From: Patescibacteria group bacterium
GTDB lineage: Bacteria; Patescibacteriota; Minisyncoccia; Phycocordibacterales; Phycocordibacteraceae
Direction of reading: 5' to 3'
Length of the DNA stretch: 64,000 nucleotides
NCBI GenBank assembly: GCA_040384705.1
Contig: JAZKIU010000001.1
Span: 405,847-469,846, forward strand
In this document: positions 55,190-64,000 of the stretch, piece after piece
Position numbering within the stretch: position 1 is the stretch's first letter
Layout: each line of letters opens with the position of its first letter
Translations under genes and position numbers: made by a program
The notes under the pieces: generated by a model
What the model was told of the DNA's origin: nothing
The model's input: only the letters and a program-made list of their open reading frames with translations
Database searches by the model: none

Positions 55190-55993
55190 CTAGAACAAGA
55201 TCACGAAGAAGAATAGGAGCGCGATGGCGATGCGGTACACGCCGAACGGGATGAACGTGTAGCGCTTCACGATGCGCAGGAGGAATTTCATGGAAACGAG
55301 GGCGACTACGAGCGACACTATAAATCCAACGGCCATAAACTGGACATCAGCGGAGGCGAACGTGTGTGCGCTCTTCAGGAGGTCGTATCCGGTTGCTGCG
55401 ACCATGGTAGGCACCGCGAGCAGGAAGGAGAACTCGACGATGGAGATGCGGCGCATGCCAGCGAGCAGACCCCCCACGATGGTAGCAGCTGAGCGCGAGA
55501 CGCCCGGGATGATGGCGATGGATTGGAAGAGGCCGACCAGTATCGCTTGCTTATACGTGATGGATTTCGCATCGAGGGACGCGTCCTCCCGCTCCTTATG
55601 CAGTAGCTCGAACACGATGAGGGCGATACCACCCACGAAGAGAGATATGACCACCACCGTTGAGTTACCTAGCAGATATCCCTTTACGTATGGATACACC
55701 AGGAAGCCTACGAGCCCCGTTGGTAGGAAGGCCACAAAGAGCTTCTTCAAGAGCCCGATATCGAGGAATGAGCGCCAGTAGAGGATGACCACGGCTGCAA
55801 TAGCGCCGAGCTGGACTGCTATCTGGAAGGACTTGAGGAACTCGGTGGAGGGGAGCCCAAGAAGCTCGCTCGCGAGAATTAGATGCCCTGTAGAGGAGAT
55901 GGGGAGGAATTCGGTGAATCCTTCGAGGGCGCCGAGGATAATGCTATCGAGCAACGTCATGATAGCGCTAGTGTAGCATTCGGAGGAGGGCAT
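55190..55993 (-). CDS. uppP: undecaprenyl-diphosphate phosphatase
   Basis: FLPISSTGH and PGVSRSAATI motifs. Confidence 0.9.
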   Translation of the reverse strand: MPSSECYTSAIMTLLDSIILGALEGFTEFLPISSTGHLILASELLGLPSTEFLKSFQIAVQLGAIAAVVILYWRSFLDIGLLKKLFVAFLPTGLVGFLVYPYVKGYLLGNSTVVVISLFVGGIALIVFELLHKEREDASLDAKSITYKQAILVGLFQSIAIIPGVSRSAATIVGGLLAGMRRISIVEFSFLLAVPTMVAATGYDLLKSAHTFASADVQFMAVGFIVSLVVALVSMKFLLRIVKRYTFIPFGVYRIAIALLFFFVILF

Positions 55994-56028
55994 CCGTTGA
56001 CCACAAAAAGAGGGTTGTAGTCCAGTCT

Positions 56029-56607
56029 TTGAGCGGGTATTCTAGAGATACTATGGGACTCGCTACTGACGCCCGTCTTGAGGCTGTATTGTTCGCAGCC
56101 GGTGAGCCGCTCACCAAGAAAAGGCTTTCCGCCCTTCTCGATATTCCGTATGCCGTGCTCGATGAGGCGGTTGCTGTTCTGCGTGACTCACTTTCAGAAA
56201 GGGGCCTCACGCTCATCGAGACCGATACGGAAGTCGAGCTGCGCACGAGCGCGGAAGCTGCGGACGATATCAAGAAGCTCCGTGAGAGCGAGCTTTCGCG
56301 CGACCTCGGAAAAGCGAGCCTCGAGACGCTCGCTATGGTCGTGTATAGAGGAGGAGCGACGCGAGGGGAGATAGATTTCGTACGTGGAGTGAATTCCGCT
56401 GCTGCAGTGCGCACGCTCCTTCTTCGGGGCCTTATAGAGCGCACCGAGGACCCGGGCGATAAGCGACGCGCGCGCTACCTTCCGACCGTGGACGCGCTTG
56501 CGCACCTGGGAGTAGGGAAGAGGGAGGAGCTGCCGCGCTATGCTGAGTTCACCGCAACGCTTATGGAACAGGAAGGGAAAGCCCAGCTCGCCGAAGAACC
56601 CGCATGA
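56029..56607 (+). CDS. scpB: segregation and condensation protein B
   Basis: Tandem winged-helix ScpB pattern (EAVLFAAGEPL...). Confidence 0.85.
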   Translation: MSGYSRDTMGLATDARLEAVLFAAGEPLTKKRLSALLDIPYAVLDEAVAVLRDSLSERGLTLIETDTEVELRTSAEAADDIKKLRESELSRDLGKASLETLAMVVYRGGATRGEIDFVRGVNSAAAVRTLLLRGLIERTEDPGDKRRARYLPTVDALAHLGVGKREELPRYAEFTATLMEQEGKAQLAEEPA

Positions 56608-57551
56608 ACGACAAACGAGAACTCCAAGCCCTCATAAAACGCTACCAAGCGCGGCAGAGCCGCCAGATGGGAGTAGCGATACTTGCGGGCACGCTAGTGC
56701 TCGCGCTTGCCGTGTTCTTGGCACCGAAACCCGATACTGAAGAGGCAGTAGTCGCTGAGTTGCCTGCGGTAGTCGCACCGAATGCGTACGAGGACGTGAC
56801 GCTTATAGGTAAGGCAGCCATTGTCTACGATCTTAAGACTGGGGAAGTATTGTTCGAACGCAACGCGAAAGCGCAGCTGCCGCTCGCGTCACTGACCAAG
56901 CTCCTTACCGTCTATGCGGCCGCTTCCGCGCTTTCACCAACCACGCCCGTCACCATTACCGAGAGCGCGCTACTCGCTGACGGGGAGAGCGGGTTCATGG
57001 CTGGTGAGACATTCGCCTTTGCCGATCTTGCGCGTCTCGCACTCGTCTCCTCGAGCAATGACGCGACGCAAGCTATCGCGGAGACGACAGGGAACAAGCG
57101 TGCGCAGTCAGGCCCTAATCTTCTTGCGAGCGCGGCTGCAGCTGCCGGCCTCTCTCAGACCTATGCGCTTAACGGTACCGGACTCGACGAGAGCACCTCG
57201 GTATCGGGCGGCTATGGCTCGGCTACCGACGTTGCGAAGCTCGCAGGAGCGCTCCTCACTACCGCACCCGATATTGCGCATGCCAGCACGCAGTCCTCGC
57301 TCACCATAAACTCCGTTTCGGGAGTCCCTCATACGCTCAAGAACACGAACCCGAACGTCATCCATGTGCCGAACATCCTGCTTTCCAAGACCGGGTTCAC
57401 CGATCTTGCGGGAGGGAACCTCGTTGTGGTGTTCGATGCAGCCATAGGGCACCCGGTCGCTATCGTGGTGCTCGGCTCCACCGTTGACGGGCGCTTCAGT
57501 GATGTCGATAGGCTGCTCACGAAGACACTGGAGCACTTCGCTGGTATATAA
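56604..57551 (+). CDS. dacA: D-alanyl-D-alanine carboxypeptidase (S11, PBP5-like)
   Basis: SLTK (SxxK). SSN (SxN). KTGFT (KTG). Confidence 0.8.
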   Translation: MNDKRELQALIKRYQARQSRQMGVAILAGTLVLALAVFLAPKPDTEEAVVAELPAVVAPNAYEDVTLIGKAAIVYDLKTGEVLFERNAKAQLPLASLTKLLTVYAAASALSPTTPVTITESALLADGESGFMAGETFAFADLARLALVSSSNDATQAIAETTGNKRAQSGPNLLASAAAAAGLSQTYALNGTGLDESTSVSGGYGSATDVAKLAGALLTTAPDIAHASTQSSLTINSVSGVPHTLKNTNPNVIHVPNILLSKTGFTDLAGGNLVVVFDAAIGHPVAIVVLGSTVDGRFSDVDRLLTKTLEHFAGI

Positions 57552-57553
57552 CC

Positions 57554-58615
57554 ATGATCCTCGACGCCGCAACCGTACTCATCCCGTTCGTCATCGCCTT
57601 CGTCATAGGTATCGCGCTGTCGCCCATCCTCACCCACTACCTGTATAAGTATCGGGCATGGAAGAAGAAGGGAGGGAAGGAGAAGGGAATGGGGGACGAT
57701 GGCGGCACACCCCTCTTCAATGAGCTGCATAAGGAGCGGGAGGTATCGACTCCGCGCATGGGAGGCATCATCGTCTGGGCCTCGGTCATCATCACCGCTA
57801 TCGGCACCTCGCTCCTTGCGGCGTTCTTCGGGGAGCCGTTCGCATCGTTCGACTTCGTGAACCGTGAGCAGACCTGGCTTCCGCTCGTGGCGCTCATGGT
57901 GGGCGCACTCGTAGGGCTTGTGGATGACGTTCTGGAGGTGACCCGCTCGGCCGGCGGATTGTCGCTGCGCTGGCGCCTTCTCGTGGTGGCGGCCCTGGGT
58001 GCGTTCTCCGGCTGGTGGTTCTATGCGAAGCTCGGTGTCTCCGCTATCGGCATACCGTTTGTGGGCGTGCTTCCGCTCGGCGGATTTTTCATACTGTTCT
58101 TCGTCCTGGTGACGCTCGCGCTGTACGCGGGCGGCATCATCGATGGCATCGATGGGCTTGCAGGAGGCATCTTCGCCATCGTGTTCATGGCGTATGCAGG
58201 TATCGCGTTCGCGCAGGAACAGTACTCGCTCGCAGCGTTCGCGGCTACCGTTGCAGGAGCCCTCTTCGCGTTCCTTTGGTTCAATATCCCGCCTGCCAGA
58301 TTCTACTTATCCGAGACGGGGAGCATGGCGCTGACCTGTGCGCTTGCGGTGACGGCGTTCTCAACCGATGTGCTCGGTGAGGGAGTGGGCGTGTCCGTGC
58401 TTCCCATCATCGCCCTTCCGCTTACGGTGACGGTCGTGACGAGCGCGATACAGGTCGTCTCCAAGCGTGTATTCAAGAAGAAGGTGTTCCGCATCGCTCC
58501 TATCCATCATCACTTCGAGGCTATCGGATGGCCTGCGTACAAGGTTACCATGCGGTATTGGGTCATCACTATCATCGCGAGTATCTTTGGGTTGGCGATT
58601 GCGTTATTGAAATAA
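57554..58615 (+). CDS. mraY: phospho-N-acetylmuramoyl-pentapeptide transferase
   Basis: 10-TM MraY topology and conserved Asp/His motifs (DDxxD-like VDDVLEV, HHHFE). Confidence 0.9.
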   Translation: MILDAATVLIPFVIAFVIGIALSPILTHYLYKYRAWKKKGGKEKGMGDDGGTPLFNELHKEREVSTPRMGGIIVWASVIITAIGTSLLAAFFGEPFASFDFVNREQTWLPLVALMVGALVGLVDDVLEVTRSAGGLSLRWRLLVVAALGAFSGWWFYAKLGVSAIGIPFVGVLPLGGFFILFFVLVTLALYAGGIIDGIDGLAGGIFAIVFMAYAGIAFAQEQYSLAAFAATVAGALFAFLWFNIPPARFYLSETGSMALTCALAVTAFSTDVLGEGVGVSVLPIIALPLTVTVVTSAIQVVSKRVFKKKVFRIAPIHHHFEAIGWPAYKVTMRYWVITIIASIFGLAIALLK

Positions 58616-58705
58616 TTCGGTTACGAGCGATACGCATATTTGACGCGAACCCTGGAAAGAGGTTAGCTGTGGCTAGAATAAGCCAGTTTGATCTAGGAGA
58701 TTGCC

Positions 58706-59146
58706 ATGAATACGACGTTAGCGTCGCGCGCAGATCTGGTTCGCCAAGCGTCGGATTGCGTTGCGGCAAGAACGCGCGCTACCCGTTATCACGAGCTCGC
58801 AGCGCAGCGGCGATTCGAACTTGCTATTGATGCGGAGGTGAGGACCTCGATCGCGGCTATCTATCAGGAGCGCTGCGCTGAAGCCATCACGGAAGCGGTG
58901 ACCGCGAACCAGAGATTGGTCCTCATCGACATTCCCACCTACTATGGAGATGCGGAGCCTGCTTACCGAGAATACTGGTGGAAGGCAGGGGTACGCTGCA
59001 AAGCGATAGTCAGGCACCTCTCGGCGTATCTTCGCCATGAGGGATTCACTGTTCTTGAGGGAGAACAATACTACACACGGACCTATCGCGGAGCCAAAAG
59101 GGGCAACATCGGCCTCCACGCCATTCCGCTGACCATCCTCTGGTAA
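58706..59146 (+). CDS. hypothetical protein (146 aa) in the position normally occupied by murD
   Basis: ORF only. Lies between mraY and ftsW. Confidence 0.35.
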   Translation: MNTTLASRADLVRQASDCVAARTRATRYHELAAQRRFELAIDAEVRTSIAAIYQERCAEAITEAVTANQRLVLIDIPTYYGDAEPAYREYWWKAGVRCKAIVRHLSAYLRHEGFTVLEGEQYYTRTYRGAKRGNIGLHAIPLTILW

Positions 59147-59256
59147 TTAGCTGTGCGGCAACCATGGAATCGCAGGAGAGCAATGCTCTCCTGTTTTCAT
59201 ATCCAAGGGCCGTTAGCGCCCCAACCAACAGGGGTTGTTCGGCGCGGTATTATAGA

Positions 59257-60375
59257 ATGAACGCTATGCACATCTCCGGGGACCGAGCCTTCGCCATCAT
59301 CGTCACTATGCTCGTGGTGGGTGGGGCGGGAATCTTCCTTTCTGCTGCGCTCGGCCTCCTTGCGCGCGAGAATGTGTCGCTTGGTCACATTGCGGTGACG
59401 CAGCTTCTCTTGGGTCTCGTTCCTGGGCTCATCGCGCTCGCGATACTCCGCTTCATGCCTCCCGTATGGCTCATGAAGCTCATCGTACCGCTGTATATAG
59501 GAGCAATTGCTCTGACCTGTCTCGTGTTCATTCCGGGTATCGGAGTGCACGCAGGAGGGGCGACACGTTGGATAGACCTGGGGCCGTTCACGGTGCAGCC
59601 GGCCGAGTTCCTGAAGATAGGGGTGGTGCTGATGTTCGCGCTGTATCTCGCGAAGACGAAGGACAAGATAAAGGAATGGCGGTATGGGCTTCTTGGGTAC
59701 GGACTCATCGTCGGTATCCCCGCGTTCATACTGCTCATGCAGCCAAATACCTCCACCGTGCTCATTCTGGGAGCTACGACTGCAGCGCTCTATTTCCTTG
59801 CAGGCGCTCCGTGGCGTGACTTCGCCATACTCGCGCTCATCGCTATCATCGCATTGGGAGCGCTCGTCATGACGCGCCCATATCTCATGCATCGCGTGAC
59901 GACATTCATCAATCCCGCAGGAGACTCACTTGGGAAGGGGTACCAGATACAGCAGTCGCTTATTGCGATAGGTTCGGGAGGATTGCTTGGGCGCGGGTTC
60001 GGGCAGAGCGTGCAGAAGTTCAACTATCTGCCGGAACCGGTGGGCGATTCGGTATTCGCCGTGTACGGAGAGGAGTTCGGGTTCCTCGGCACCGTATTCC
60101 TTGTACTTCTGTTCACTGCCTTTGCCGCGCGAGGGTTCACGATAGCGTCGCAGGCCAAGGATTCCTTCGGTTCATACGCTGCGGCCGGGCTTACACTCAT
60201 CATCACGCTCTCCGCTCTCATGAATATCGGGGCCATGCTCGGCGTCCTCCCCTTAACGGGGCTTCCGCTGCCGTTCGTGTCGCATGGGGGCACGGCGCTC
60301 CTGTGCGCTCTAGCTTCGGTGGGCATCATTCTGAATGTTGCGGCGCATAGGACGAAGAAGCGTGCGCTTGCCTAG
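59257..60375 (+). CDS. ftsW: peptidoglycan glycosyltransferase FtsW/RodA (SEDS)
   Basis: SEDS family 10-TM pattern. Conserved C-terminal LP..G.PLPF.S.GG. Confidence 0.85.
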   Translation: MNAMHISGDRAFAIIVTMLVVGGAGIFLSAALGLLARENVSLGHIAVTQLLLGLVPGLIALAILRFMPPVWLMKLIVPLYIGAIALTCLVFIPGIGVHAGGATRWIDLGPFTVQPAEFLKIGVVLMFALYLAKTKDKIKEWRYGLLGYGLIVGIPAFILLMQPNTSTVLILGATTAALYFLAGAPWRDFAILALIAIIALGALVMTRPYLMHRVTTFINPAGDSLGKGYQIQQSLIAIGSGGLLGRGFGQSVQKFNYLPEPVGDSVFAVYGEEFGFLGTVFLVLLFTAFAARGFTIASQAKDSFGSYAAAGLTLIITLSALMNIGAMLGVLPLTGLPLPFVSHGGTALLCALASVGIILNVAAHRTKKRALA

Positions 60376-60376
60376 T

Positions 60377-60727
60377 ATGCGGAAGGTATCAGTAGGCGAA
60401 GCGGAGGAATTCAAGAGCGGGACGGTTATGACGGCCTGTGAGTACGGACTCGGTGACGAGACTATCAATACCGCAAAGATAGAGGTGCATGGACGGTACC
60501 CAGAGACCGGATGGGCCATGAACGAGGAGTCGAAACAGCTCTGCTACATCCTCGAGGGAGCGGGTTCGCTCTTCGTGGAAGGGGAGGAATATACGATAGC
60601 TCCGGAGGATACCTTTCTAATACAGCCAGGCGAGCGCTTTTACTGGGAAGCGAATATAGGTATGCTGGTAACATGCACGCCAGCGTGGACTCCCGAGCAA
60701 TATAAGCATCTAGAACAATACTCATGA
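60377..60727 (+). CDS. cupin-domain small protein
   Basis: Two beta-barrel motifs. About 116 aa. Confidence 0.45.
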   Translation: MRKVSVGEAEEFKSGTVMTACEYGLGDETINTAKIEVHGRYPETGWAMNEESKQLCYILEGAGSLFVEGEEYTIAPEDTFLIQPGERFYWEANIGMLVTCTPAWTPEQYKHLEQYS

Positions 60728-61878
60728 AAGTCGTATTCGCAGGCTCGGGCTCCGGTGGCCATTTCTATCCCCTCATCGCGGTCGCCGAGGCTATCCAGGA
60801 AGTGGTGGCTGAGCGCCGTCTCGTGGCGCCCCAGCTCTACTTCATGGCGCCCAACGCCTTCGATGAGGACTCGCTCTTCCAGAACAGCATCGTGTTCGTG
60901 AAGGTCCCGGCCGGGAAGGTGCGTCGGTATTTCAGCCTCCAGAACTTCTTCGATATCTTCGTCACCATATATGGCTTCTTCGTCGCCTTCGGCCTCCTCC
61001 TCAAGATCTATCCGGACGTCATATTCTCGAAAGGCGGCTACGCGAGCGTACCGGTTGTCGCTGCCGCATGGGTGCTCCGTATCCCTATCATCATCCATGA
61101 GTCTGACGCGAAGCCCGGTCGCGCGAATCTCTTCGCTGCACCGCTCGCGTACAGGATAGCGGTGGCATTCGAGAGCGCGACGACTATGTTCCCGCCAAAG
61201 ACTCGAGGGAAGATAGCGCGTATCGGTATCCCGGTGCGTAGGGAAGTCGCGCACATAGAGCGCGAGGGAGCGCGCGAGCTTCTCGGTCTCGATACCTCTG
61301 TCCCTACCGTCGTCATCTTCGGCGGCTCGCTCGGGAGCATGCGCATCAACGAGACCGTGCTCTCTGCACTCCCTGACCTCGTGTCGTTCGCGAACGTCAT
61401 CCATCAGACCGGTAAGGACCACTTCGAAGGAGTGCGTCAGACCGCATCCGTTGCGCTCAAGGAAAGCCCTCAAGCCTCCCGCTATCATCCGTTTCCGTAC
61501 CTCAACGCAGAGAGCATCCGTCGCGCCGCCGGAGCTGCGAACGTCATCATCTCTCGCGCAGGCTCTACCGCAATCACCGAGATATCGCTCTGGAAGGTCC
61601 CGGCCATCCTCATCCCTATCCCTGAGAGCGTGAGCCATGATCAGCGCACGAACGCGTATGCATATGCACATACGGGAGCTGCAGTAGTGCTCGAAGAAGG
61701 GAATCTCACCCCGCACGTGCTCGTGTCCGAAGCGAAGCGGCTTGCGACCGATACGGAAGTTGCAAGCAAGATGAGCGCGGCCGCAGCGACATTCACCACA
61801 CCTGACGCTGCCCGTATCATTGCGGACGAGATAGCGAACATCGCCATCTCGCACGACCCTATCCCTCCTGCCGTATGA
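60724..61878 (+). CDS. murG: UDP-GlcNAc:lipid I N-acetylglucosaminyltransferase
   Basis: GGSGGHFYP N-terminus. GT28 C-terminal GG(S)LG...A...E. Confidence 0.9.
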   Translation: MKVVFAGSGSGGHFYPLIAVAEAIQEVVAERRLVAPQLYFMAPNAFDEDSLFQNSIVFVKVPAGKVRRYFSLQNFFDIFVTIYGFFVAFGLLLKIYPDVIFSKGGYASVPVVAAAWVLRIPIIIHESDAKPGRANLFAAPLAYRIAVAFESATTMFPPKTRGKIARIGIPVRREVAHIEREGARELLGLDTSVPTVVIFGGSLGSMRINETVLSALPDLVSFANVIHQTGKDHFEGVRQTASVALKESPQASRYHPFPYLNAESIRRAAGAANVIISRAGSTAITEISLWKVPAILIPIPESVSHDQRTNAYAYAHTGAAVVLEEGNLTPHVLVSEAKRLATDTEVASKMSAAAATFTTPDAARIIADEIANIAISHDPIPPAV

Positions 61879-63197
61879 TTCGGACCCGTATAGCACCATC
61901 GCCGACCGGAAGGCTCCACATAGGTACGGTTCGTACCGCGCTCTTCAACTATCTGTACGCCAAGCATCATGGCGGGGTGTACGCGATGCGTATCGAGGAC
62001 ACGGATAGGGCGCGGAGCAAGAAGGAGCATGAGGAGGAGATAGTCGAAGGCCTCGCATGGCTCGGTATCAAGCATGAGGAATTCGTACGCCAGAGCGAAC
62101 GGTTGCCACGCCACCAAGAACTCCTTGAGAAGCTTGTCGCTGAGGACAAGGCATACATCTCCGAAGAGGAGAGTAAGCTTGAGCCTGGGAAGACCGTGTC
62201 AGTGGTGCGCCTGCGTAACCCGAGCCGGGATGTGACGTTCAACGACATCGTGCGCGGCGATATTACTTTTCATACAGGCGAGCTCGGCGACTTCGTCATC
62301 GCACGCGCGATAGACGATCCGCTCTACCACTTCGCGGTCGTTACCGATGACTGGGACATGGAAGTCACGCACGTCATACGCGGGGAGGACCATATCTCGA
62401 ACACCACGCGCCAGATACTCATCCAGGAAGCGCTCGGCGCTCCTCGACCTCTGTACGCGCACCTTCCACTCATTCTTGCTAGCGATCGCTCCAAGCTCTC
62501 GAAACGAAACGGCGCAACCTCGCTCATCGAGTACCGTGACGAAGGATTTCTTCCTGAAGCCATCGTCAACTATCTCGCACTCCTCGGCTGGAACCCGGGC
62601 GGTAACGAGGAGCACTATTCGCTCGATGACCTCGTGCGTCTCTTCGATCTAGATGGGGTGCAGAAGGGAGGAGCGGTATGGGACCGCGAGAAGCTGCTTT
62701 CGGTGAACCAGCGCTGGATGCGTACCTTGAGCGATGAGGAGTTCCTAACGCGCGCCGGATTCGAGGGGTACGACAGAGAGATGCTCAAGAAAGCTGCGCC
62801 GCTCCTCAAGGAACGAGCTCGGACTCTCACTGAAGCTAAAGCCATGCTCGAGGGTGAGCTTTCGGGACTATTCCGAGCTCCAGAATTGATCAGGGAAACC
62901 TTGGTCGCCAAGGAGCCGGTAGAGCGTGGAGGAGCCACCAAAAGCGCCCTGGAAGCTGTTCTCGGGCTCCTGGAAGCCCTTGCCGGTGACGTTACGGCAG
63001 AGTCCGCCAAAGAAGCCCTTATGCCGCTCGCAGACGCCGAGGAAGCAAAAGGGAAGGGAGGCAGGGGATCGGTCCTTTGGCCTTTGCGATATGCACTTTC
63101 AGGCCAGGAGAAATCACCGGACCCCTTCACGCTCGTCGCAGTCCTGGGTGTTCATGAAGCTGCTTCGCGCGTACGGACGGCGCTTGATATACTCTAG
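61875..63197 (+). CDS. gltX: glutamyl-tRNA synthetase
   Basis: RIAPSPTGRLHIGT (HIGH). KLSKR. 440 aa. Confidence 0.9.
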   Translation: MIRTRIAPSPTGRLHIGTVRTALFNYLYAKHHGGVYAMRIEDTDRARSKKEHEEEIVEGLAWLGIKHEEFVRQSERLPRHQELLEKLVAEDKAYISEEESKLEPGKTVSVVRLRNPSRDVTFNDIVRGDITFHTGELGDFVIARAIDDPLYHFAVVTDDWDMEVTHVIRGEDHISNTTRQILIQEALGAPRPLYAHLPLILASDRSKLSKRNGATSLIEYRDEGFLPEAIVNYLALLGWNPGGNEEHYSLDDLVRLFDLDGVQKGGAVWDREKLLSVNQRWMRTLSDEEFLTRAGFEGYDREMLKKAAPLLKERARTLTEAKAMLEGELSGLFRAPELIRETLVAKEPVERGGATKSALEAVLGLLEALAGDVTAESAKEALMPLADAEEAKGKGGRGSVLWPLRYALSGQEKSPDPFTLVAVLGVHEAASRVRTALDIL

Positions 63198-63200
63198 TTA

Positions 63201-64000
63201 ATGGTATCGGTTCGTACGTACGTATTCTTTTTCATACTAGCCGCGTGCGTGCTTGGCAGTGTTTCTCCGTATACCTCTCACGCAGAGACCGAAGCGGAGA
63301 TAAAAGCACGGATAGAGCAGCACAATAGCGCCATCAAGACGCTCGAGAGCGAGATAGCGACATACCAGAAGGAATTGAACGTGCTCGGCGGCCAGAAGCA
63401 GACGCTGCAATCAGCGATACAGACGCTCGACGTATCGCGCCAGCAGACGAGCACGCAGATCCGCGTTACGGAGAACAAGATAGGGGCGACGAACCTGAAG
63501 CTCCAGGAGCTCTCAGGGGAGATTAGCCGGAAGGAATACCTCATCGAGCTCGACAAGCGGACGGTGGCGCAGTCGCTCCGCGATATATATAACGAGGGCG
63601 ATAACACGCTCATCGAGCAGCTGTTCGCCTCGGTCTCGCTCGCCGACGCATGGGAGAACATGGACTCGAAGGCGTCGGTCAGTGAAGCGCTCCGCGCGAA
63701 CGCGAACATGCTCTCAAAGGACAAGCAGGAGCTCACCGTTAAGAAGACTGAGGAGGACGGGAAGAAGAAGGAGCTCTCGAGCCACAGTTCGACGCTGCAG
63801 AACCAGAAGAAGACGCTTGACGTGCAGAAGTCGGAGAAGGATAAGCTGCTCACGCAGACCAAGAACCAGGAGACGACGTACCAGAGCATCATCGCGCAGA
63901 AGCAGGCGCAGCGGAAGGCGTTCGAAGCCGAGCTCTCGGCGCTTGAGAATAGCCTCACGTCGGTTGGTTCTGCTGCGGTGCCGAAGGTGGGTTCGGGAAT
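63201..64000 (+). CDS. partial: secreted coiled-coil protein (EnvC-like murein hydrolase activator / M23 peptidase N-terminal region), continues beyond window
   Basis: ATG at 63201. Signal peptide. About 230 aa of heptad-rich coiled coil (Q/K/E/L rich). Not in the ORF track because there is no in-window stop. The minus-strand ORF 63278..63958 is its shadow. Confidence 0.6.
   Translation, partial: MVSVRTYVFFFILAACVLGSVSPYTSHAETEAEIKARIEQHNSAIKTLESEIATYQKELNVLGGQKQTLQSAIQTLDVSRQQTSTQIRVTENKIGATNLKLQELSGEISRKEYLIELDKRTVAQSLRDIYNEGDNTLIEQLFASVSLADAWENMDSKASVSEALRANANMLSKDKQELTVKKTEEDGKKKELSSHSSTLQNQKKTLDVQKSEKDKLLTQTKNQETTYQSIIAQKQAQRKAFEAELSALENSLTSVGSAAVPKVGSG

Noticed and set aside
60640-61899. 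419-aa minus ORF opposite murG
   Set aside because: Shadow ORF, Arg/Asp/Glu-rich.
63278-63958. 226-aa minus ORF (Ser/Cys/Phe-rich)
   Set aside because: Antisense of the plus-strand coiled-coil gene starting at 63201, which has a signal peptide and a heptad pattern. The plus ORF is absent from the track only because it has no in-window stop.

Overview
This 64 kb window is a high-GC bacterial chromosomal segment made up mostly of housekeeping genes. It contains seven aminoacyl-tRNA synthetases (leuS, alaS, tyrS, trpS, an archaeal-type aspS/asnS, gltX) and the mnmA thiouridylase. The r-protein/RNAP block is infA-rpmJ-rpsM-rpsK-rpsD-rpoA-rplQ-rplM-rpsI. A grpE-dnaK-dnaJ chaperone block is present. 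A cell-wall/division block runs uppP, scpA/scpB, dacA-like, mraY, ftsW, murG, with no murD. One tRNA-Tyr(GUA) sits beside tyrS. The short alaS, the archaeal-type AspRS, the many small membrane proteins and the overall gene content resemble a Patescibacteria/CPR-like or similarly reduced genome, but that is inference only.

Three accessory features stand out.

(1) A family of about 11 copies of a 25-31 bp direct repeat (consensus GGTTCCAACATCGTCCCAGACCCCCAGCAAT). All copies are in the same orientation. They delimit small gene cassettes at 0.2-1.6 kb and 12.7-20.1 kb. Two diverged anchor copies begin exactly at the TAG stop codons of ung and alaS, each followed by a cassette array. The cassettes encode an orphan E. 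coli-like RNA polymerase alpha C-terminal domain (alpha-CTD) protein with an N-terminal Cys cluster, a receiver-like protein, a lipoprotein, an M13 peptidase, a YbaN-like protein and several small unknowns. This looks like an integron-like or hotspot cassette system with no integrase visible in the window.

(2) A low-GC island at about 34.5-38.6 kb encodes a 373-aa unknown, a GHMP-fold beta-RFAP-synthase-like enzyme, a SAM methyltransferase, a Ham1/ITPase-like protein and a P-loop kinase. This is a candidate C-riboside or modified-nucleotide pathway.

(3) A nuclease pair sits upstream of ung: an ATP-cone fused to an Mrr-type PD-(D/E)xK nuclease, and a Cas4/RecB-like nuclease with a Cys cluster.

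Several intrinsic terminators, a sigma70-like promoter and two palindromic operator candidates are also noted.
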